Source: Auanema rhodensis (Eukaryota > Animalia > Nematoda). From it: 64,000 nucleotides of DNA. The notes beneath the pieces were generated by a model. It saw nothing but the letters and a program-made list of their open reading frames with translations, did not search any database and was not told the origin of the DNA. Shown in pieces: positions 52,275-64,000 of the stretch (positions are counted from its first letter, which is position 1; each line of letters begins with the position of its first letter). The stretch spans positions 7,688,001 to 7,752,000 of the forward strand of contig OZ059894.1 in assembly GCA_964057225.1 (NCBI GenBank), read 5' to 3'. The position numbers and the translations under genes were made by a program.

Positions 52275-55200
52275 AACTTATCACAGTAGGATCTTTCGGC
52301 TAGGTGGACTGAAGACAACAAAGGAATAGACACGAATTGAAGAAACTCATGTAAGCGATCTTGCAATCAGTCGTCGGAAACAAACTTTGAGAAGCAAGTC
52401 CTTCTCGTTTTTGGGTGAGATTGTTTGGATCGCTAACCGAATATTTTCATAGAGAAATGTGCATATTAGTTTTACGTATTGTGGTATGGAGCAAGAGACA
52501 AGACAAACAAAGGCGAATGTGCTGCAGATAATAGACCAATTAGGAAAAACACTGATTAGCATGATGTAGTTATTTGCCCTTCAACAACTAACTTAACTAC
52601 TAAATAGCTTCTGATCAGATGTTTTTATTATTTTACAAAAATAAAAATGACAAAAGACAAGTTTTCCCGTTTATTCTGGTATAGTTCTCATATTCTAACA
52701 TAAAGTACTTAGTTATTCCAGATTTATATATGGTTAACAAGATTATAAACTATATTTAGTCAAAATGAAATGATAAACTATTCGTTAGTTTAATGTTATA
52801 TAGTATATGAGTATGAGCTTCTATACAATAACATCACATAGTATTGGCTACAAGTTGTAACCAAATATAATGACTAACAAAGCAGCAACATATTCTGTAC
52901 AGCACAAATTGATGTGTCATTATTCGATCAGAAAAAAGAAACTTTTTTAAAAGTGCAATAGAAACAAAAACAGCATGCTGATTATAAGCTGGAATATACA
53001 CATGTGCACATTCAGTAGACGTATCAGATGATTGATAATCTGTTTTGTATGTATTTTTCTTTTTAATTTCTAGTTATGTATATACTAATTATAGTAGTTT
53101 ACCATTTTTTTATAAAATATAATATTTTTGTTAAAATAAATTGCTGAAGAAAAAGTTATACTGCATTTACATATTTTACTATATTTATATAGGTTTATAT
53201 GTCTAAATATAGATATTTATAATGTAAAAGAGCTAGGTGAATTGTTAACTAGGCGAGAAAATATAATTGTAAACATGATATGCCATATGAAGGAGAAGAT
53301 AGAAGCCCTAAAGAGGTTGAGATGAATTGCTTCAGAATAAAATTGAATATCTATACGTACATATATTGCAAAGAAACAATCCAATTGATAGAATGAAAAT
53401 GATAAAAAGAATAGAAAATGATCGGGAAAGGATCGAAAGAAGAAAGTATACGACGAGAGGCGGAAGATTTTCTGGACAAAGCGAGAGTACATGAGAAAAG
53501 AGAGGAAGCTAAAAATCTTGAATATCTCTGAAAGTTGTATTAGGATAATTATACAAAAGAAGTTAAAATAAATAATACTTCTAAGAATATTATAGCAAAG
53601 AGCTGAAAAGGTTTGAGGCCATCTTAGGCAGGATAAAGTGCATTTTACAGATTAGATTGTTCTTGCTATCAGTCGCACTATTAAAGCTAGATACGAAGGA
53701 TCTTATTTAGTTTAATTATGTTTTTTTTTTCAAAATATTTAATATATATTATATGATTCTGATTTTGATTGAAAATATTATAAAAATTTGAAATGTTTTT
53801 GTTAATTTAAATCTTTAAAAATGTCTTTTTTTCCTGTTTTTCATGCACAAAGAGCAAAGAAAAGAGGAAGTCTTAGGTGAACTGTGAAGTTTATAGATAA
53901 TATGATTCGGAAAAAAAGTTCACTGCATCAAAGTTCCACGAAAATAAGAAATACATTTATAAATCCGAAAAGTTTTGAACAATAAATGCTTTAAAGGAAA
54001 TTTCGAAATAGTAATCTGTTTTTGATTATTAAAAATAGCTCCGAATAGATGTATTGAGCATACGCTTTAGTGTCAACTTTGAGGCATTAATGCAAAATAA
54101 CCAAAAAAGCTCGAAAACTACTCAGTGTTTGAACATTTTTTTTTTAAATTTGGGTGTTATGTATGTGTGGTTGCAAGTTTGTTGAATGTCCTTTCCTGAA
54201 CTGCAAGCAGATTTAGGAAAAAATTGGTCAGCTAATCTGGTCAAAGATCAATAAGTTCTTGTCACATGGGGGTTAAGGATACATTCAAGTCTATTAGAGA
54301 TTAACTGATAAGCCCAATATAACTGATATCTAAATATCCCAAATCAATCAGTTCAACTACTTAAGGAGGACTTGTAGGATGATTGTAATTTTAGCTCAAA
54401 GAACGATTTTCCAATTGTACCTGACCTAGTCCAAAACATTGCTCATGGTATATGCGATGTTCTTCATTATCTATAGTTTTCCTTTCCAGATGAAGCTTAA
54501 CTGATTCAGAAAAAAAATGTTCTGCTAAATTGAATAATAATGGAATTTTTAATCCTGACAATATATTAAAATAAGAAATTTATGAATTGAAACACAAAAA
54601 AAAGGCACAAAAGCCTTAATCGAAGAAGCAGTAGCTCAGTACAAAAGTAATTTGCCGCATTCTCATCGTTGATTTTGGCTTCATACTGCTTGACCACTTT
54701 ACGTTTTTGACTACTCTTCAGCCAAAACTCGTTTGTCTTCGTTAATATTCATCAAGACCTTCATCAACTCCATTTTCCATAGTCTATTCAGCTTACTAAA
54801 ACGATTTTCTACATCGTCTCAATGGCCGGATCACCTTGGTTGAAAATGCGAAAAAAAAAACTGTTTGGCAGGTCATATATAATTGTTTTTTTCTTCAAAA
54901 TTGAAAATAAACTAAAATTCAAAGTAATTTAAGAGTCTTATATCATGGTAAAATGAGTAAAAAAGTTTGAGGAGAGAAAAAAAAAACTTTTCTTCTAGGT
55001 TATCTCATGTGATACTTCATACTATATGTATAATCCGCTCTATGTTTAAGTAGGTTTGACAACGATTGTTAGATAGAAAATAAAGAAAAAAGAAAGAGTA
55101 ACAGAGAAATATTGAAAGAAATAGCGATATAGAGAGATTGAATATAAAGAGAAAATGATATATGTATATGTAGAGAAACAGTGAGAAAGGGATTGGAAGA

Positions 55201-57262
55201 ACGAGAGAGAAGAAGAAGATAATGAGGAATAAGAGAAGAATAACTGAAAACAACAAAATATTAATAAATTATTATAATAATTATATGCTAGATCAATAAA
55301 AATTGTATAAAAACATGATATATACATTCATATATCATCTTGATGAGCTAGTCTATCGGAATATCAATGACATGGGTTTTTGTGATCTATTCATCGTTAT
55401 TCTTCAAACATTACATGAACATCTTTTAGAGTTTATGCAATTTTTATAAAAAAAAAAAAGATCACATTAGTTGTGATCAAATAAAAATTATTATTTTATA
55501 TTCTTGGATAAAACATTTCTGGGATAAAGCATCGAACATTCAAACAAAAGCTTATTAAATATCTACAACAATATTTTCAACATTCATTTCTAATCAAATA
55601 ATATTTAAATTTATTATAATCTTCTGAATCAAAGTTTTTCTACTATTCCTATGAATAATTCATAATTAAAACATTTAAGTGTTATTCCTTTTTTTTTCTC
55701 TCTATTGTCACATATCGAAAATGAAAAATTGAAGAATCTTGAACAAAAGTGAAAGGTTGATATGAACCGAGAACAACCGTTCAAGTATGCGAAAATGAAT
55801 ATAATGAAAAGTACAAACACGTAAATTCTTAAAATGACCCTCCTCCCTACGTGAAGAATTAGCGTACGTGAAAAATGTTTTTTTATAGTTTAAATTAAAT
55901 ATCTGGGAAATATAAACAAAGAAGGTGAAATTTTGTGGGAGGAGGAGGGGGGGAGAAAACACAGTAATTCTTCTGCTTGTTTGCGTATGTTTGATTTCAA
56001 TACAATTTAAATAGTAAATCAAACAAAATTCAGTATAGTTATCAGCTGTTTAGAAGCATCTTATAAGATTTTTTTGCATCATTATGCTGTATTAGTATTG
56101 AACCCATATATGAATATCAAAAAGTAACCTCAATAACCTATCTTAATGCTTTTTATTTATTTTTTTTCTTAAAAAAATTGATAAAGAAAACTTCAATTTT
56201 ATCATTCATATCATTATTGAATAAAGAAAGTAGAAAAACGAATAAAAAATGCAATTGATGATAGCAATGATCATCGTAAGCTTCTTAATTCTATTTTGAA
56301 TTACCTAGTTTTTAGAGGATTTTTTTGAAATCATTGGCTAAGATGTAGTCATTCATAGAAAAACGTGGTTAAATATGTGTTGAACCTTGTTATGCTGGTA
56401 GAGTTCAAATTCTTAAGCAATTAAAATAAAATAGAACATTTCAAATAAATTTAAATGCTGAAATGAATAAAGTGGTAGAGTACTATCAATATTTAAACTG
56501 TTGTTCTGAAAATACATGCCGAAATATTTGAATGAAAATAGTATAAAATCATTAGGATAAGGCTGTAATGAAGAAATATAACATAATAGCATATTAACAG
56601 CTTAATATCCATATTTAGAAATAAGTAGTAAAATAAAGTTGAAAATGAAATAACATAGGTTTTTCTGCTGAGACGAAAGACGAATCAGAACTCAAGAGGG
56701 AGGAAAAGGAGAACGTAATGTTGTTGGTTTGATTGGAGAAGGTGGGTGTTAGTTGGTTAACTTTCAATTTTACAGACTATAAATTCTCTTGAACTGAAGC
56801 TTTAGTGATCAAAGTATTAGAGCTAAACTAAGAGTTTGAAGCTCTGATTAAGCTTAATTATGTTTTAGAATATGGTTCTGACTATGTCAAAGATAAACAT
56901 ACAAAGAAGCATATTTCAAAACTTTATTTGCAATGTCGAGAAAAGAAGAATGACGTTCAGAAAGAAAAATGAAATTTCTAAAACGTTTAACCCGAAATAA
57001 AAGTAAAGAAATTAAAGAAAAAGACAAAAATTGAGAAGGAAAAGCCATATAAAGTTATAGAGTACTAGAGAAAATGATGAGAGAAAGAGAAATAGAGAGA
57101 ATACAAATATAAAATATACCTCGCAAACTGAACAAATTGAGTTGATGAACTTCAGGTTTGGTTTTTTTCAAATATATTATAGTCAGCTGAAAAGCCAACG
57201 TATATGGAATATGGTGACATAAACCTAATCCGTTTGGTTCTGTTTAGTTTTACTCGAACTTT

Positions 57263-57316
57263 CACACACACACATACACACACACACACACACACAGCCA
57301 TACACATACACACACA
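57263..57316. repeat. Imperfect (CA)n microsatellite
   Basis: Direct observation. Confidence 0.9.
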
Positions 57317-58942
57317 AGATAAGGAAAAACCTAATTTTGTAACAGAAAAAAAGAGTTGTAGAATTCAGGGCACAATATAAGTATTTTTATAAAAAAAGAG
57401 GAGAAAATTCTTGTAACTACATCTGTTCTGGTTCTACACGAGATGAAACAAACATATCTAGCATATGTACTGAAGTTATTTCTTTTTTTTTTTGAAATGA
57501 AAGCAGAATCTGAAACTCATTGTTATCTGTGGTTTTTTGATTTCCTTCTGCAGGATGGTGTGACGTGTTGTTTAGGAGATGGTATAATTAAATTCGTGCA
57601 TGAGAGTTCATACATCCAAATTTTGATTCCGGCACTTGTTTGGATGATGCTGGACAAACTAATAGCACGAACAAAAAAAACTTGGTAAGTATGATGTCCA
57701 GCATTATGATGCTTTGATATCTTATATTATCATCTGCATATTTTTCAATAAATTTGTTATGATTGAGTAGATAGTGCTATGGGTTCTTCAAGAATAATTA
57801 GAATGTAGAGAGAGCATTGCATAGAGAGAAAAGGAAGTAAGCTATACAAGATTCAAAAGATTAGAAAAAGTTTATGTGACAGTGAAAACTTAATGAAAGA
57901 ACTTTTTCATGCTCAAACCCTAATAGGGCAATTATCACAATGAGCTTAATGCTGATTTCTTTATTTATTAGAAACGAAAAAAACAAGCAATTCAATAATA
58001 TGAATAGTTCTTAGTTATATATCCATATAATAGAAACTAGCTGGAGGTTTTTAACAAGATCTTGGGCATGTACACTTCAGAAATGATACATCATATAGGT
58101 TTATAAGCTTGAAAACATTTCAAAAATTGCTCGAAGATCATTAATCTTGACTGGATGAGCTGTCAAAATAACCGCGAAAGGATGTTTAGCCTAAATTGAC
58201 AATCATCGATGAGATATACAATATAAAAAATGATTGATGATGATATCAACTAACATCTGCTCAAGAGCTAAATCCTTTTCATATCCATGCCATCTTTATC
58301 AGATTGTGCGTCAACTCAGTGCGGAGTTTATTGATGAAAATTCATATATATATATACATATATATATGTGTGTGTATAGTAGTTATAGCAAGAAATTATT
58401 ATTCAAACAAGAAATTGCTAAGAAAAACATTTCTTGACAATCATCGTATTGACTAATAAGTGGAGTTAAAATGATTATTTACTAGATGTCGTCAAAGTTA
58501 TAATTTTCATTTTACCATTGAAAGGCGTGATATAGATCATGTCATAATGTGCTTGAATACAAAAAATGTTATAAACTTATGCCAATTTACATCTTGACAC
58601 AAGAGATCAAACGAAAAAAAAAAGAGAGAACGGTGAGAAGGAAGTAGCAACTCGAGAAGAAGAGGAGGAGGTGGGGGACGAGGAGGATAGAGAAATGGAA
58701 AAGATAGCATTTTCAGAATTGGGAAACACCAATCTCAATAGATGGATATAGAAGTTTTGTTGTTGAAATATCATAACCGAAAAACAATAGATTGGATGCT
58801 GTTTCAGAGGATTTTGAATATATTATAGATACATATGTGTGTATATGTATGTATCTATAACATGGAAAAAGAAAGATAACACTGTCCTGACCTCAAAGTT
58901 TCATTTAATGTCCTTTAAATTACAAAACATTGAATAAACATA

Positions 58943-58974
<32 letters not shown>

Positions 58975-61926
58975 ACTATATATGTATAGTACAGACTACC
59001 AAAATATGTTAAAATTTTGATAATAAATGAAAGTTTGCGGGAAATACTAATGAAAAGAAAGAAGACAATAATAGCCGGATATGGTGTAAACACACGGTAC
59101 ACAGCAATTTCATAAATGCAAAAAAGAAGAACAACTTTCAACTGTGTTTAAGCTTAATTAAAGTGAAAAGGAAAAAAAGAAGAAGAAGAAGAAGAAGACG
59201 AAATTCATTATATTCACGTGAATCACATAGATCTGGAATAAAATGGCAATGAGCATAATAAATTAAAAATTATTATTAGATTCATATTTAGTTAATAAAA
59301 AAATATTTTAAGAAAAAAATGAATAAAAAAGATTGTGAGGGATCGAGATCGCGAAAAAGAATAATGATTACACGAAAGAAGCACAGCTAGCAATCAACAA
59401 TAACAGAACAAAAAGATGACATTCACAGACCATGTTGTATAATTCGGATGAAGATGATGATCCTCATGCTTTTGATTCAACCTAACACCAGACATATTCA
59501 ATCGGAAATGTAGAAGAAAAAAATGAAAAAAATGAATGAAAATATTCGAAAATAAACAACAATATATTCTCGAGGCATATTATATGACGTACTGATGATT
59601 AAACAGACAAAACAATGAAAGTTGCAATATGTCTGTGAGGGAAGAATTCGAGATGTAAATGTTATTCAGATGAAAGAATAAGAAAAAAATCTGATTCTTC
59701 TTATACTTATTTTGCTTATTTTCGGTCTTGCTCATGCTCTTGGAGCACAAATTAGTTCTCTCTATTAGTTTCTACTCGTCTTGCCTCTCTTATACACTTT
59801 GTATATTTTGTTGAATTGGCGAAATAGGAACGGATTATCTGGAACGGAAAACGATTGAGAACAGCTGAAGAAAAGCTGGACACATAAGTTAAATGATCAG
59901 AGCTAATGACACAATGTGCTCACTAGTTGTTTAAGCTTATCACGCCATTCTAGTTTCTTGCTAAGTATGCTGTTTTCTTTTGATTATATCGAGTTATAAA
60001 CGTATTATAATATTATAATATATGTATATATATATATTATTCTTTTCACTATTCACTTGAGATTATATTCCAAACTACAAGCTTCTTGAAATCTTATATT
60101 AAGCTTTATGTTGAAATATCGAATGAGAGAAAGACTTCTCAATAATTATAATACAGAAAAGATTTATTTTCAAATGTAATCTACTTTTTCAAATTGATCA
60201 CTAAGCTCATAAATTTGATTCAGTTTAATAAAGCTCACACAATGACTGAAAACTGAACTGACTTTTGAATTTTCAAAACAGAATTGAGTAAAGAAGAATA
60301 GTAATGCATGCGAATAGTTTAAAGAAATTCCTTACTTTTCTGTCTATTGAACTAGATATTATGACTAAAACTAACTGCTAATAGCGAAAAGCCTCATAAC
60401 TATAAGTCAATAGAGAGAATTAGCTTAAAAGATATTATGTGAAAATCACTAGTTCCACTTTATTTTCAGATATTTTTCTCTCTTTATCGCACAAATTGCT
60501 ATTTTGTGGGCAATTTTTTGATTTTTTTTCTGAATGGACAGCCTACACTCAGATTTGGTCTCTTCTTTTTTTTTGTTGAAAAAAAGCACAATACTAAACC
60601 ATATTATTCCAAAAACATAGAAGAGATAGTTCTAAAAATTGCTAAATTGAACTATTCGTATATATAAGTTATTAAAAAAAAATAAAAAAAAGGATGTTTT
60701 TTTTCCTAAAATATACGATATTAATAAAGTATTATATGTAACATTGAATGAATGGTAACATTGATCTATTGAATATGATTAATACTAAAGATTAGCTTAT
60801 ATGTATGTTAAAACAAAACTTTCAAGAGTAATAAAGGAAATGTTGGGAAAAGAGAAGAGAAAGAAGAGAAAATAAATAAAAAAATTTAACCTTTAATCAT
60901 ATTGTTTTTTGAGAAAAAAAAGAAAATTGTCATTATGAAATGAAATATTAAGGAGAAACAATCAATTTTTGATGTGTAAACGATGAAAGATCCACGAATT
61001 TTAAGCAGAAAAACCTGAGAAAAAAATTGAAAAACATTAGACAAATCAGATAGAACAAAAAAATTAAAATTTCTTTGTTGTGCTCAATTCCAATAACATT
61101 TCTTCCATTTTTTTTTCATTAAAGCGTTTTTTCGTTTTTTAGTTGTCTTATAGCTGAACTGTTGTGGCTTTTTCAGGATTACCAAGGTCTGTATAGGATA
61201 CCATGATGATTTTTGAAGGTCTTCAATGGAAATATTTGATGATGAAAAACAAGATTTTGAATTAGCAATCACAGACACAGACATATACACACAGAATGTT
61301 TACAGTACGTTACATATGATAAGCAAATCAGGTTTTAAAATTATATAATCCACTCACGTTTTAAAGTGAGGAATAAAAAATTATTGTTATAGTTAATATA
61401 AGTACATTATATAAGAATATTATTCAAAATACTGGAAAAAAATAACTTCAATTGAAGATTGAATAGTTATGAGAAATGTGAGTGTCTTGACGACACATAA
61501 GATTAGGGGAAGGTAGAAAAGAATTAAATGATTTAAAGCTTCTGTTTTCTTTTTATTTTTTTTCTCTCTTTTTCTCTTTCGTCGTACTTCCCATGTGCAC
61601 ATATAAACATAGAAAAAAAAAGTAAAAAATTATTAATAGATTGATGATTCTAAGAAGTGGGAGAATGAAGTAATTGAATAACAAAACAAAGAATATTGAC
61701 CATTTATGACGTAAATAGTAAGAACTCGTTCAAGAGGTTTTAGAATCATGCTTAAAAGTTAATCTTTTTCTGTCTTCCAGGTGTGAACATATAGAAAGAT
61801 TAAAGGAACATGATTAAAGTCACGTCGAATTTAGACGGAAATCTTAGTATCAACATATACATTTAGATTTATGTATATGTATGTATATAGTTATATATAG
61901 TTATATTTAGTTTTATATATAGTTAG

Positions 61927-61970
<44 letters not shown>

Positions 61971-64000
61971 TTACTATTAAATGTTGAAAAGGAGAAAATA
62001 TATGATGAAGATGAAGATATGTGTCTTGAAAAAGATAAATTTGATATGCATATGAGTGTTAGAAATTAAAACGAACTAGATAAGATTATATGTCTTCAAA
62101 TATCAAAAATTGAAGTAAAAGATCGAAACAATAATTTCTTCCAAATATATGATTCAAAAAGAAAATTCTGAATTGCTATTAGGACATCTTCAGCTTAACA
62201 TCAGACTTCTTCAAAGTTTCATTAATTCATTCTAAGCTCTTCCTATGCAAGGTGTAATTTTGTTTTAAAAATATTGAAAAGAAAATACAAATACATAATA
62301 TTTTTAATATAGTTTAAAGAAATATATATATATATATATATACATGTACGCTGAGCTTTAAAGGTAAGGAGCAGGAAGAAAGAGTACTCGATTTGAGTAA
62401 CAGGAAAATTTTGTTCGACAATTCGTGTTTCAATGTGTTTCCTTCTCCGTTGAAGTTACGTTCCGGTAAATTCAAAGCTATCGACTTGAAAGGAACATGA
62501 AAGTATGAAAACCCATCAAAATATTTCTGAATAATAAAATTTGAGTGAGTTTCTTTGTTGCTGTGGGGAGTACGAAGTGAACTAAGCTTTAAAAAAATGC
62601 GAATAAAGCAAAGAGGAGCGTAATCAAGTTCTTCACATTGTTTTCCACGTAAACAGCTAAAGTTCAGAATTATTATAATAGTTTTTTTTCAATATAATAT
62701 TTGTAGATATTTATTATTTTTTTTGTTAAATGAAAATAAAAAATGAACGAAACAACTAGTGGAATCAGAACGAGTATCAGAAAATAGTTTAAGCTTGCTG
62801 CGCATCATCAAATAATAATATTATATACTATATTATCAATATATAAATTTATTTATATTCTAAAGCACGATAAAGAAAAAAAACTAAAATATTAATATTA
62901 ATCCGAAAGAAATTCAATCTAAATCCGGTAATAATTGGACGGATGGCTGTCAAACACACACGTATTTAATTGATCTGAATCAAGCTCATCACATGCTTAT
63001 TTCCGTAAATTTTTGGTTGCAAATGAAAAAGATTGACCTTCTTCTTCTAACTTTATAGCCACAAAAATGTAGAAATTTAATCTTATATTTCAATAAATTT
63101 CGGAAAAAGGAATTTGTTTTCACAAGAATGATGAGATTTATAAAAAAAATAACTTAAAAACGATTTAACTATAGAAAATGAAAAAAAACATATAAAATAT
63201 GTTTTTTTCTAGGATTATATAGTAAATAAAGTTCTTAGTAAAATATGTATATTTATATTAATATAGTAAATTAAATGACAAAAAAAGGTTTTTGGACTTT
63301 TTGAAAAAACAACTGAAATCTTTTTTTTTTTTAATTCAACTATTCATAAACGTATGCATGTATGTATATGACTAGATGATACATGATTATGAATTATAAA
63401 TTCAATTTTTCAAGATATTGTTTACTATATTGTGAAAGGGCAATTGGTTCATAGAATCATATATATGATCAAATGATTAAAAACTTTTTTTAAAATTTAA
63501 TCGAAAACAACTAAAAAGAATATTTTGAGTAAATTGGATTTAAATCAAAAGCACTTTTGATGCCCAAGACTTTGATCTATGATTCACTTGTTCGTAGAGA
63601 AAATAGTAAAGTATGTTCAAATTGAATAGGTATTATCAAACTAAAAGTAAATTAAATATATAAAAAGATTTGTATAAAAGTAGTGAGAAAGATAAACAAA
63701 TTCATTTTGAAGAATGAGAATTAATATCATCTAGTTGTATTGAAAATGAATTAAAATTACTTTATTTTTGTTTATTTAAAAGTAATTATGTTTTTAGTTA
63801 TAGAGAAAGAGAATATTACGGTTCTTCCTCTTTTCACCCTCATTTGAGTATTAGAAAGGAGAAATGAAGGAGTTTTGAATGAGTGAATTGAATGTATAAT
63901 TCAAAAGAAGAAATTATGTTATATTCTCATGAACCTTGATAATTGACCAACTATATATGAATGAGTAAGAAGCATTTTGTCTTAATGATACAAAGATCAG

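Noticed and set aside
61185-61290. MSVSVIANSK...PIQTL as a distal first coding exon of the GPCR
   Set aside because: Its good donor is phase 0, whereas the GPCR acceptor at 47279 needs phase 2.
47400-64000. Numerous 60-104-aa Phe/Ile/Leu-rich ORFs
   Set aside because: Low-complexity translations of AT/GA-rich intergenic DNA; no consistent exon chains or motifs found.

Overview
AT-rich, intron-dense nematode (rhabditid-like) genomic DNA with modal introns of about 45 nt; no prokaryotic features. The ORF track is fragmented by introns, so all gene models were spliced by hand. In order: a secreted two-vWA-domain gene (-); rab-1 (-) head-to-head with a BTBD7 orthologue (+); an NRF-6/OAC-type O-acyltransferase (-); a 51-aa single-pass micropeptide (+); two tandem, almost identical EcKinase/DUF1679-like small-molecule kinase genes (+); TFIIA large subunit, a 3-finger zinc-finger gene and a DUF5648-like membrane protein in an operon-like run (+); an MLK-1-type MAP3K (-); a second 51-aa single-pass micropeptide (-); a large secreted acidic-repeat mucin with 8 ShKT domains (-); and an FMRFamide-receptor-like GPCR (-) preceded by about 17 kb of apparently non-coding sequence. 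Highlights: (i) two spliced 51-aa membrane micropeptides, poorly captured by the ORF track, that share an ungapped LIIxxxxxW[FY]xxxxxxRxxxxNE[ML] pattern; (ii) the charge-segregated mucin-ShKT protein with basic linkers; (iii) kinase duplicates homogenised everywhere except two amino-acid-changing islands. No database searches were run, so novelty is untested.
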